NCBI RefSeq assembly: GCF_036321535.1
Contig: NC_087437.1
Location: 112,594,001-112,658,000 of the forward strand
Source: Camelus dromedarius
Taxonomy: Eukaryota
Direction: 5' to 3'
DNA: 64,000 nucleotides
Numbering within the stretch: the first letter of the stretch is position 1; each line of letters opens with the position of its first letter. Made by a program: the position numbers and the translations under genes. The notes below the pieces were generated by a model, which searched no databases, was not told where the DNA came from, and saw nothing but the letters and a program-made list of their open reading frames with translations. Positions 51,091 through 62,778 of this stretch are shown in pieces.

Positions 51091-52303
51091 TTCCACTGCT
51101 GTGGTTTGCTGAAGGGGGTCATGGACCCCAAAAGGCCTGTGGCGCTCCTCCCTGAGGCAGAAGGGGGTTCCCCTAGCCTTGGGTTTCCCTTTAATGACTT
51201 TATGACCTTTTACATTTTTCCTGAAGAATAGTGTTGACTTTTACAATTCTTCCCAGTTTTAGTGATTTTTACTCTTTGTTGTATTATCACGCTTTTTATT
51301 GTGACTCATGTTCTCTTTCTTTAACTCCAGTGACATAGGGTTATCCTCTGTGTCACTTAATTTTCCTTTTTTTTTTTTTTTTTTTTTGATATTTTCTGGA
51401 TGTGGCTCCTTTAAAGAATGGCTAATCATGGCATGTTAATTCCAGCTAGTCTTAACTTTTGATATTCCAAATGAACGTTTTTTTAAGATAGGTTTGTAAA
51501 ATAAATCCTCACACCTTTAATATCTAGACTTCAGCAGATCTAAATGACCTTTTTTAATGTGTGCCAAAGAGGTTAAATCATGAATATACACAGTTTTGGT
51601 TTGCAAAATGTAGTTTCTGGTTGCAACTACAAACCCCTTTTTTCCTTTTGCTTACTCTTCTTTGAGAGAAATACTTCACGAATAGCTCATTGGAAGTTGC
51701 ATTTGACCGTTTATGTTTGAGCACCATTTTCAAATAGTTAAGCGCATTTGTAAGCTCATTTAATTAATTTTCCCAGTTTTAAAAGGATGATAGTATTATA
51801 GCATAGCATAGCGAGTCATGTCCCCATAGTGAGGTTTGTAGGACCCCAAAGAGGTGCTGATGCAGTCTAGTCAAGTGTCCTGAAATAAACTGTTTCTAAA
51901 TACTTTTCTCCCTTAATAGCTTTATTGTCACGTAAAGGGTATATTCATTGGTTTTTAGTCTGTTCAGAGTAGTGCAACCACCACCGCTGTCCAGTTTAGA
52001 AGATTTTCATCACTCCAAAAGGAAACCCTGTTTAATGTCCATAGTATATATATCCTGAAACGGAGACTGAAAATTACCTTGTGTGTCATCTAAGTAAAGA
52101 GTAACACAATAAAAAGTATTTCACATTTATATAAAACCTGATCCATTTTCCCCTACAGCTTGGTAAACAAGTTTTGTTTTTGCTTTGTTTTGTTCTCCGT
52201 GGGATCAAGGGAGCTGTTTAGTTTTTGTGTGGGTGGGAGTGGTGGTTTGCGGAAGGTTCTTTTAGGGTCACAGTCATTCTAAGCATAAACTGTTGGCTTG
52301 CAG

Positions 52304-52464
52304 GGCGCTAGCTGATATGAACAATGATGGGAGGATGGATCAAGTGGAGTTCTCCATAGCTATGAAACTCATCAAACTGAAGCTGCAAGGCTATCAGCTC
52401 CCCAGTACGCTTCCCCCTGTCATGAAACAGCAACCAGTTGCTATTTCTAGTGCACCAGCGTTTG
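52304..52464 (+). CDS. ITSN1: Intersectin-1 exon 5 ([54 protein letters not shown]), EF-hand end of EH1, 161 nt
   Basis: Acceptor ttgCAG ending at 52303, donor GTAAGT at 52465; EF-hand loop [15 protein letters not shown] 52293..52517. Confidence 0.97.
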
Positions 52465-53571
52465 GTAAGTCTGAAATGGGATCAGTTCCTGTATTTCATT
52501 GTATATTTTTAAGATAAATATTTCCCCTTTTCCCCCCCTTTTAATTTGTAGCGTTGTGAAATTCTAGGAGGTAGTTCTGTCTGAAAAATGATGGCCCTGT
52601 GCAAAAACGATAGTGCCAGAAGAGAAGTGTGTTCACAGTCTAACCCTGGAGTGAGAGTAATGAAAACAAAAGCCAAGGTGCAGATGGTCAGGGAAGCAGA
52701 AACAAGCTTGAATGTACGGTTATGTCTTCTGTCTCTTCTTGCTCTTCTGGGATTCTTGTCTCTTCACATTGACACATACTTCCTTTTGGTTTTCTGTTTC
52801 CAAGATATCTTTGTGTTTCCTTGTGCATAAATATCTCCTTTGGTTAATGGTGTCTAGAGATATGTATTCTATTCATGGTATGGAGGCAATTGGCCACAGT
52901 AAGTGCTTTCTTAGAACAAAATACCACGGGAAAAAAAATAAACATTATCATCCCAATTTAAAAAATAATTCTATAAAAAGCTGTCTTTTAGTCAGATCTT
53001 TTTTCTTAAAAATTAAATAGTAATTAGTTGACTAAGATCACCAACAGTTCTGATTTCTTCTCTATTCTTACCCTAGACTTTAATTATTTAGGTTGATTTA
53101 GAGATCATGGTAATCAGATCTAACATCTGATTCATGGGAAAGTTCCTAGACTGTTTAAACAAAACACAAAAATTGTGGATAGAGTTTCTCTCCCTCTCTT
53201 CATCCCAGTGTATCTGATGACAAGTGATACAGTGAAGGAGATTGGGGAGGGGCAGTCGGTAGTCGTTCAGGTTGTCTCTGCTACAAGGAAGGATAAGCTG
53301 AGATAAATAAATGGCACGTTTTTACTTAATAGAGTTAAAACATGCATTGTTTAGCTGCAAGTCTGGTTATTTTAAGGGGAAAGTTACAGATTTGGGGCGA
53401 GGCAAATAGGATAGTGACCCAAGAGAAGAAGGAAAAATTCAAAAAGTCAGGTGTGAGCAAAGGCTAGGAAGAGCGGTAGTGAACAGTGCAGTCGGCTCCA
53501 AGGGCCCAGGACCCCTCTTCCCCTAGTCTATTGCCTGTTCACAGCACCCGGCCCTTATGCCAGCTTCTTTA

Positions 53572-53741
53572 TTTTTTTCTTTAAAGGTAGTTTAATTTCT
53601 AGTTCACTTTTTTTTTTCGGTGGGGGTGCAGTAATTACGTTTTATTTTATTTTATTATTTATTTTTTGAATGGAGGTCCTGGGAATCAAACCCAGGACCT
53701 CAAGCCTACTAAGCTTGCTCTGCTACTGAGCTATGCCCTTA
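53572..53741 (-). mobile_element. tRNA-derived SINE (Vic-1 type)
   Basis: 'tggaggtcctgggaatcaaacccaggacctc...ctactgagctatgccc'; flanks ccagcttcttta / ccagcttgttta. Confidence 0.88.
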
Positions 53742-55237
53742 ACCAGCTTGTTTAAAAGTGGACGTTGCTCTGAATCTCTGAAAGTCCCTGTAGCCAACGT
53801 TTGGTTGGGACCCAAAACAGCTAAAATGTGTTTGGTTCTCTTTTGGCCTCCCCTCCAGGGCTGCAAGAGGAAACCTCGGAGTGGAGAAGGGGTCAGATAA
53901 CCACGGGCATCCCATTTCCTCGTTTCCCCTCAAACCCAGGTGTCAGTAATTCTTCCTCTGACATTTAATATGTCTTCTCTTATTCCGTTCTGCTGTAGGA
54001 ATTTCAGCTCTAGGAATATTGCCGATTTATTTTCAGGACGTGGTGGCCTCCCTGCCAGAGGGTTGTACAGTCATTGAGTCACCCGCCACCGCCTCTAAGG
54101 AAAGCCGGGATTTCTGAGCTGCTCTCCTGCCTTGGCTCTTCCCCTTGGCTTCTCTGCTGCCTTCCCTCCCCTCGTTCTTGTCGCATCAGCATTCTCAGTT
54201 AACTATTTTCAAGAGGATTAATCATGAGGGAATAGCAGAAAATGAGAAAAGTTAAAGTACATGGTCCAAAAAAACCCACTTTGCCCACGTTTACTCACAG
54301 ATCTGGCCTTTGCTATTAAATCTAGTTCCAGCCTCTCAGCTCAGCCCAAGCTAATATTTTTCTTACGCGTCTTCTGGCGACTTGATAACTTGAGAACACA
54401 CTTTATTACTGTTGTCATCGTCTAATTAATATTAGACATTATCTGACCATAGATTTCCTAGCCCTGTGGTAGGCCTTCACATAAAGTATTTTATTTGGTC
54501 ACAACAGGAACCCTAAAAGTGTGCAGATGTTATTGGCCCTGTTACATAAACGAGTGAACTGAGATTCCAAGAAGTTGAACAGTTTGCTCAAGACCGTATT
54601 TCTGAAAGGGAAGTAGAGCCTCTCCAAACTCAGAGTTTTCCTAAAGATTCTTGATTTTCTTACCGCATTCCCTCTCCCACTTTCATTGTTCCACAGGCAT
54701 CAGAGTGGCGTGGGGTGTCATCCCTCTTCCACGGTTAATGCAAATGTTAACACCCCATGGAATTAAGACTGGGTAGGGGTTGAACAATCATTTTGTTAAG
54801 AAGAGGAAAATGGGGCGCAGTGATCCTGTGACTTTCCTACGGGTCCCCAGCTGTATTGCAGGACATTCTATGAGTGCCTCATCCCTTCTTCCTGCGGTGA
54901 ATTTGCAGACAGCATAATTCTTCTTTTCAATATTTTTAAGCCCCAGCTGTGTCCTGGCTGCTGGGAAGATGGTGGCAGCAAGAAAGACATCATGGCTCCT
55001 GCTGCAGTGGGGCTGCTTGTTAAATTGGGGGAAGCAAACAAATGGTAATTCCATAAAACAGCATAATGTGAGAGAGACTGACAGGACAGGGGTTTATGGG
55101 AGACTTCTCTGAGGAGATAGCTTTTGAGCTGGCTTAGGGATGAGAGCCATGTGAGGGGAGAAGACCACCAGGCAAAAGCAACAGGTCCTAAGGCAAAAAT
55201 GAGCTTGGTTCACAGGAGGAACAATAGTGAGAGCCTT

Positions 55238-55402
55238 GGGGGGAGAGTGTAGCTCAGGAGTAGAGCGTGTGCTTAGTATGCATGAAGTCCTGGGTTAGAT
55301 CCCCAGTATCGCCATCAAAAATAAATAAATAAGCAAATAAATAAAACTAATTACCCCCCCAAAAGAAGCAAAAAAAAAAAAAAAAAAGATACGTTAAAAA
55401 AA
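55238..55402 (+). mobile_element. tRNA-derived SINE (Vic-1 type) inserted in an antisense L2
   Basis: 'ggggggagagtgtagctcaggagtagagcgtgtgcttagtatgcatgaagtcctgggtt'; (AAAT)n and poly(A) tail; flanks gagagcc. Confidence 0.9.
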
Positions 55403-55942
55403 GAGAGAGCCCTGTAGCTGGAGTATCCTTAGGCCTTAAGGTCAGGTGGTAAGGCAGGAGCCAGATGGCTTGGGGCCTGATAAAACCACTAAGGAGTTAG
55501 CATTTTTTTTTCTAAATGCAATTGAAAGCTTTTAACCAGGGATGTCACGTGGTTGAAAGACACTTAGGAAAAATAATCTGTGTTATCTGAAGACTGGATT
55601 GCGGGGGTGGGGGGAGGGTACCACAGGGAGATGATGGTAGAATCAGGGAAATCAGAGAGGAGGCTTTTTGCCTCTGGCAAGAGATAAGGCGATTTAGATC
55701 CTGGGTGGTGATAATCCACGTGGAAGTTAGGTAGAGTTGGATTCATGATACCCTGTATTGCGGAGGAAAAGTACATCAGATTTTGGCAGTATTGAGTTTG
55801 AGGGCCCTAGTACATTTCCAAGCGGAGATGTTAAAGAGGCAGATGAATCTTTGTGTCTGCGACTCAGGAGGGGTCTGTCAGCCCTGGGAGAGTTTGAGTG
55901 TGGATGGCATTGAAAGCCCTGGGACTGGATATCTTAGAAAGT

Positions 55943-56314
55943 TGTGAGAGGATTTCAGTCTTTCCATTGAAGCAGAGGATATAACATGGAGAATCCCACA
56001 CGTGGGTCGTCAGGAAAATGAAACTTAAGGACTGAGGGACTGATCAGTCATTTACAGGAAACTGAAACTGATCCCATGACCAATGAACTTCCACCAAGAG
56101 CCTCTCCTCCTCCTCAAGTCCAGTGCTTGGACTCTGACTGCATTCTCCCCTCGTTGTTGCCCGTAAGTCCAGCCCACCCCAAAGCCTCAGAGGACTCACC
56201 TGTAGCTTGCTACAGTTTGCATGTCCTGAATTTTAGTCCTTCTGCTGTTTCTGAATAAACTCAACTTCTGGTAATGCAGGCTTGCCTCAGTTTCCCTCTT
56301 TATCTAGGTTGACA
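55943..56314 (+). mobile_element. ERV1 solo LTR (MER34/MER39-like), 372 bp
   Basis: TG...CA termini, exact 4-bp TSD AAGT (55939-55942, 56315-56318), AATAAA near 56254, end 'tctaggttgaca'. Confidence 0.82.
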
Positions 56315-57379
56315 AAGTGTAGCTAGAGCAGGTTGAAGACCTAGGACCATCCCTGGCCATCTGTGACATTTAAAAGTCTAGTAGAAGGGAAGAAGCCAGA
56401 AACAGAGTGAAGTGGGAGGAGGCTGGTGTCCTAGTAGCCAAGAAAAAGTGTTTCAAGGAGGGAATGCTCCGATGTTGAAGTTGCTTCTGAGGGATTGAGT
56501 AAGAACAGGGTAGGCATGTGATGGGGTTTGACAGGACAAGCTTGTGTCTGACCTTGATGAGTAGTTTTCTGGAGTGGTCAGGACAAAAACCTGCTGGGGG
56601 CTTGGAAGAAGGGCGAGTTTAAGTGTAAGGGAGAGACAAAGCTGAAGGAGTGTGTCAGCCCAAGGATGGGAGGTGCTCCTGCAGTTTTAGAGCAGAGGGG
56701 AAAACGGTGGAGGGGAGATGGGAGAATTTCAAGAACTGAGACTTAGCAGAATGAGGAGGGATGGCATGTAAAAGTCCAGCCCACCCCAGAGCCTCAGAGG
56801 ACTCTGGAAGGTGTGTTTATTTGGAAGTATTCAGAAAATACTCATTCATTCAGAAAACGGTCTGGTTGATAAAAGGATAATAGTCTTTGCAGTGGCAATT
56901 TAAGATGAGTAAGTAACTTAAAATGGAAAGATTATGATGTTAAAAAATAGTGACAGTGATTGTGCCTGAGATAAGAAGACGAGAACAATCTGGAGCAGTC
57001 TGGTCCCTGGAAACTCTCAAAACTGACCCAACAAGTCTGCCTTTTGGGACAGGATCCCACACCGAGGAGGAATGGCTGGGACTGGAATAAAAATTAAGCA
57101 GGGCAGCGACACAGAGACAGAAGGAGAATAAGGTTCAGACCAAAGCGGGGGAGGAGAACGGAACCTGGAAATCCCAGGAAGCAGGGCTCTCATCCAAATG
57201 AACGACAGGCAGTACCAGGCAAGGTCAAATCCCACACAGAGTTATTATCAGAAGAAGAGAGTGAAGGGCTGAGCAGCGCCGCTGTGGACAGTGGGAGCAC
57301 ACCAGTAACCTGCTCTCTCAAAACAGGCTGAAAGGTACCAAGAAAATGGTACAAGTCATGAAAGACGGACACAGATCAG

Positions 57380-57943
57380 AATTTTAAAACCTCAGAAATC
57401 AGGTGACCACTCAGGAAAGAATGAGACATAAAAGAAAAAGTCAGTTCAGAAATGAAGACTGAACCAGAAGCAACACAAGAGAGGCTGTCTGAAGAGAAAC
57501 ATAAGATAAAAAGAGGAAGATTTCACACTTTAAAAGGAAATGAAAAAAAGAGATAAAAGGGATCTGAGAAAAAGTGGCAAATATTGAAGGCAAAGAAAAG
57601 TGAATAGATGGTGTGTGGGGGTCCCTGAAGAAGAAAACCAAAGCCAGGGCACAGAACAAATGATTAAAAACTGGTTCAAGACAGCTTTCTTAAAATAAAA
57701 GATTTGAAACTAAATTTGAAAGAATAGAGCATGTGCCTGAGAATACTGATTCTGAGAGATCAGCACTAAGTTATGTTCTAGTAAAACAAAAAAATCATTC
57801 GGGCACGTAGAAAAAGAAAGCACATGGTTTGCAAGAGAAAGAAAATTAGAAGGCCTTCAGACTTTTCTGCAGCAGTGCTTCATGCCAGGAGGAAATGGAG
57901 TAACATATTTAGGATTCTCAAGGAAACAGTCAGCCAAGAATTT
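57380..57943 (+). mobile_element. Old L1/HAL1 ORF1-like remnant
   Basis: A-rich; 'ggggtccctgaagaagaaaac...cagacttttctgcagcagtgcttcatgccaggaggaaatggagtaacatattt' is typical of the ORF1 region. Confidence 0.65.
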
Positions 57944-58823
57944 TGTGTCCAGAAAAACCACACCAACCAATTTTCCAGCTCTCTGGACACTAACTTAGTA
58001 CCTTATAATTAAATGCAATTCTGACGCTAACTTCCAGACACAGTGTCAGATTCCACAATTGTAAGGGCTCAGTCCCAGAGGACTGCCCTCACTTCAGGCC
58101 TGAGTCACAAGTAATGGGCCCCAGGGGACCCATGCTTCTGTCTGACTTGACTGCAAAGTCAGAGGTTTCCCGCAAACCTGTTTCCCCCTTTCTGTAATTT
58201 GCTAGAACAGCTCACAAACTTAGGGAGACATTTACTTACTTTGCTGGTCTATTATAAAGGATATTATAAAGGATACAGAGGAACAGACAGGTGGAGAGGT
58301 GGACGGGGTGAGGTCTGGAAGGGTCCAAAGTGCAGGCGCCTCTGTCTCTGTGGAGTGGGGGTGCGCCACCCTCCCAGCACATGGATGCATTCACCAGCCT
58401 GGAAGCTGTCCAGACTTTGTAGTGTAGGAGTTTTATAGAAGTTTCATACATGGGCACACTTGATTAAATCATTAGCCTTTCATTAGCTACATCTGCAGCC
58501 TCTCTGCCCTCCCCTGAGATCTGTGGAGGTTGTGGGTGGGATGGGGCTGAAAGTTCCAACCCTCTCTAGTCATGCCGTGGTCTTTCCTGTGACCAGCTCC
58601 CATTCTGTAGCTGTTTATTGTCCCCCAGTCACCACTCACCTCATTCAAGACTTTCTTACCACTCCTGAGATTCCAGCGGTCTCAGAAGCCCTTGTGTCAG
58701 GAACCGGAGACCAAGGTGTTCCTGTCAGTCAGGAAATTAAAAGGGTTTTAGGAGACCTGTCAGGAACCACGACCTGGGGACAAAGACCAGATATAATATG
58801 TCTTATTATGTCACAATATCACA
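57944..58823 (-). mobile_element. MER21-like solo LTR
   Basis: Minus strand starts TGTGATATTGTGACATAATAAGACATATTATATCTGGTCTTTGTCCC, the MER21 5' end; internal 'aagggctcagtcccagaggactgccctcacttcag'. Confidence 0.82.
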
Positions 58824-59374
58824 AGTTGAGACAGAGAAAGAAAAAAGAAAGGAAACATTTATTTTAGTTCTATCATTTCTTCATTTTTTTGGTTAGAATA
58901 CTTCACTTCTATAAAGAGATACTTCATCAAACGTTTGGTTACTCTGAGGTTCAGTATGTAAAGGAAAGGCAGAATAAATGTTTGATTTATTTTCCCCCTT
59001 TATTCACTCACTAGTTTTCAAAATAAATTGATCCCCCATGGTGACAAGTTAGGATTTTTTTTTTTTTTTTAAATATCATTGTGAATCTATGAACTGAATT
59101 CTCCATGGCGGCTTTCAGTCCACTGCAGTTAACTTTTCTTACTGGCCTCAGCTTTAGCCAGTAGATTCCTGTTCAAGGTGGGCCTTGAGCCCTCTTGATG
59201 TGATCCTGGAGAATTTTTAGTACTCTTCAAAATGACTAATCTGAATTTAGATTTTCAGTGGGGCTCTACTACAACTGGAAAGTGATTTTCTTCTTCATGC
59301 AGTCCTGGGTTAATTGTCATTGAATGCTGAAATGTGGTTCCATGCGAACTTGGTTGGGGTTTTTCCCTTCACAG

Positions 59375-59554
59375 GTATGGGCGGTATCCCCAGCATGCCC
59401 CCGCTGACCGCTGTTGCTCCAGTGCCAATGGGCTCCATTCCAGTTGTCGGAATGTCTCCACCCCTTGTATCGTCTGTCCCTGCGGCAGCAGTGCCCCCCC
59501 TGGCTAATGGGGCACCCCCGGTCATACAGCCTCTGCCTGCGTTTGCTCATCCTG
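59375..59554 (+). CDS. ITSN1: Intersectin-1 exon 6 ([60 protein letters not shown]), Pro-rich EH1-EH2 linker, 180 nt
   Basis: Acceptor ttttcccttcacAG at 59373-59374, donor GTAGGT at 59555; phase 1-1; ORF 59314..59562. Confidence 0.96.
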
Positions 59555-60245
59555 GTAGGTGACCTGCTGAAACCACAGGCTGAACTCTTACGTGTAAAAT
59601 TACACACAATTTCACTCTTCCTTTTTGTGAAGCCTTCTGTCTTCCCTTTCTGATTATATTTAAATGGTATTTTATTCGGAAGAAATTATCTTTTTTGTTT
59701 TCTTCTTCATGTAATGTCTCATTTTGAGGATGTGCTCGATTAGAGAGGGAAAGGAGAATGAAACGGTGCCGCCTCTGGGTGCCATCGTGCACAAAGGTGA
59801 ACTCTGTAGCCAATCCAAAAGCATCATTTCCTTTCAAGGGCTTGATGAGAGCGGCTGAAGTTTGAACAGCATTTGAACATTTTTCATTTCCATGTATCAG
59901 TTACTACTTTTCTTCAGCTGCTATGGATTGCTGATAAACAAGCCAGTCCCTCAGGAGTAGAATTATGTGGGAGGGGAAAAAAAAAGAACATTGCTTTTTT
60001 TTTTTGAGGAGGTGGAGTGAATCAGACACAGAGCAGGAAGGAAGTCTATTGAATAACTAAATATATTAAGGTTATAGTATTACATGCTGGCTTAATTGAA
60101 CAAAGGATTAAAAAGTTCCTGGTTTAGTTCATTTCATCTCAAGACTTTATTCAGTCTTTTTCCCTTTAATTGAAATAAAACATAAACTACACATGTAGAT
60201 AGCCTTAGTCTAGCAAATCTGAATGGATTCATATCAATATGGAGT

Positions 60246-60365
60246 TTTTTTTTTAATGTATTTAATTTTTATTATTATTTTTTTTAATGAAGGTACTGGG
60301 GATTGAACCTAGGACCTCGTGCATGCTAAGCACACACTCTTCCACTGAGCTATACCCGCCCCCCC
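60246..60365 (-). mobile_element. tRNA-derived SINE (Vic-1 type)
   Basis: 'ggtactggggattgaacctaggacctcgtgcatgctaagcacacactcttccactgagctataccc'. Confidence 0.92.
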
Positions 60366-61185
60366 AAGTTTTTAAGTACTTTGAATATGTCTGAGTAAAT
60401 TCAGTAGCGATAACAGTGTGTGTTTGAGCCTTAAATTTGACTCTCCCTAGGCTCCTGGATTTATTACCTCTGTCTCTAAGTTACAGCCAAGGAATCTTAG
60501 TGGACCTCTTGGTTTTATGATGTTCTTGTCACATGTAGTTCATCTTTCATAGGTGACCATGACTGCAGGTGTGATGGCAGCCGAGAAAGTACTTGTGATT
60601 ATTTTCCCGGCAGCATCAGTGAATCCACACACTGTCTTGTTTTCTTTAGTGGTTAATGGCGAATGTTGGAAGATAATAGACAAAGCTGAGGGGAATGTGG
60701 ATATGGCTGGGTTTTTCCCCTGACACACAGCTAACCAGCCTGAATGAGACTCAGATGCCTAAGCTGGCGCTCCCAGCGTCACATGTTATCTGGCCAAGAC
60801 TGCAAGTCTGTAACTGCTTGGCTCTTACATCTGGACCTAATACCTCAGCTCCTCCTGTGCCATCTCTCTATTTGAGCTATTATTTCTTTAACTGTTGGAA
60901 CAGATCCTGTAAAATGTGATACTAAATGTTTAATGAAGAGTCAAATTTTATGGATGCAAACGTTACTACTTAGTAAGGTAATTTTCAGAAGGAACAAGTA
61001 AAACAGTTTTGCCTGGAGGGCAGAAAGCCAGGAGGGAATAACTCTTTTTGAGTCCAGAATGGTAAGAAGGGAGGAATAATTTCTGCATTAGATTTGATGA
61101 CTATGCATTTTAATTTTTGTAAATAGGGAAAAGTTCCTCATTTTTGTAGAATTAAAAGTCATTCAACATTTATTTATTTTTACAG

Positions 61186-61282
61186 CCGCCACATTGCCAA
61201 AGAGTTCTTCCTTTAGTAGATCTGGTCCAGGGTCACAGTTAAACACTAAGTTACAGAAGGCACAGTCATTTGATGTGGCTAG
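61186..61282 (+). CDS. ITSN1: Intersectin-1 exon 7 ([31 protein letters not shown]), 97 nt
   Basis: Acceptor tttttacAG at 61184-61185, donor GTAAGT at 61283; hand translation matches the ITSN1 linker. Confidence 0.96.
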
Positions 61283-62149
61283 GTAAGTTTGCTTGTTTTT
61301 AAATGGGCAGTTTGGTTAAAGCAATTACCTGATTGACTCATAAGTTTGAAAATGAATTAGCTATATTTTTATCTTCTGTTATAGAATACTAATTTTCTTA
61401 ATTCTGGATAATGTTACAAGGTTTTATTTATGTGTTGTAGAGATGACAGAGACAAAGACACGACTTTTCCTTTAAAGGCTTTGCATGTTGATTTTTTTAA
61501 AGAAGATAATAAATAGACGGTAGTAAGTGTTTAAAACTAAAAAAGTAGAACTGTAGGTATGAGGGGAGAAAAGCAAATTAACTGTTTTGTGTCAATCTTT
61601 TAAAAGTTTTTGTGTATAAAAATTTTTATATGACGATTAGAGCCAAATTAGCCTTATTTAAATTTTATCTCAGATAATCTTCTGGAGTCTGTGCCAGTTA
61701 TTAGTAAAACTTCAGATTACTCTTTATGAAATGTGTCATTCAGGTTAGTGGACAGTTGTTATTAATCAAGTATGGGGTGCTATTTTGGTAAAGCTTACGT
61801 GACCTGTTTGCTCATATTTTGGCCAATTTTGGTTTCACATTATCTTTCATATTTTTGTGTTATCTTGGTTTCATCTTATCTTTCATCTTTCACATTTTCA
61901 TTTAAATTTTTTTCTCCTGCATACTCCTGCACTAAGATGAAAAATTAAGTCTCCATAAGCTGTCTCAAAGCTTTTCAAATGAAAAGGTCATGTAAATGAA
62001 GATGATTCCATCTTTTCTTGTTTTAGTCCTCATTAGAAATCTTTCCTAAGTGAATCAAGTCATTTTTCCACTTTAAAGGGACGAGCATGTTGAATATAAT
62101 TCAGTCATTCATTACCTTTAAAAAAATAATGTAAAGAACATCCATAAAC

Positions 62150-62350
62150 TGAAAAGCACTGTGCCAAATGCTTTATGCACATTAACTCCTTCAATGCTCA
62201 CCTTCTTCCCCATAAGAGGACTCTTATTTTCTCTATGTTATAGATGGGGAGGAAGCTCAGGGGCCGTTAGTGACTTGCTCAGGATAACTCATCAGTGATA
62301 GAGCTAAGAGTTGGACTGAGGTCTTTCTGGTTTTAAGGTAGACATTCTTA
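62150..62350 (-). mobile_element. MIR SINE
   Basis: 'gcactgtgccaaatgctttatgcacattaactc...tatagatgggga...tagtgacttgctcagg'. Confidence 0.65.
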
Positions 62351-62778
62351 AAATTTGCTCTAGAAACTTCAGTTAATTGTAGTGTATAGGTACTTGTGTT
62401 CGTTCCATTTAATTAAGGTTTTACTGCTAAGATGCAGGAATATTTATCGGGTATCTGCTTTGCCAGACACCGCATCGGTCCCAGTCAGCCCCCACAACCA
62501 CCTGTGTGGTAGAGACTGTCTCAGAGTTGTGAGGGAGTAGATACCCAGAGAGGTTATATTTCTCACCCGTGGTTTACAGCTTACCAAACAGCAGAGCTGA
62601 GATCAAATTGAAATCATCTAACACTAAATTCCATGTTTTTTTATTCTTTCTCCCATACCATGTTGAACTTTGAGTGTTCTCTGACTTTTCACAGGTGATT
62701 TTGAAATCTGTCCTAAAATTGATTTGTGGCATTAGCAAGAATAAACAACCACTATTAGCAACATTAATGCTATTTAAA

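Noticed and set aside
57000..57380. Purine-rich stretch as a hidden coding exon
   Set aside because: No match to ITSN1, whose exons 5 and 6 already join in frame; it abuts an L1/HAL1 ORF1 remnant and is probably its 5' region.
59310..59653. Overlapping alternative-frame and antisense ORFs on exon 6
   Set aside because: By-product of the GC-rich, stop-poor Pro/Ala/Val exon.
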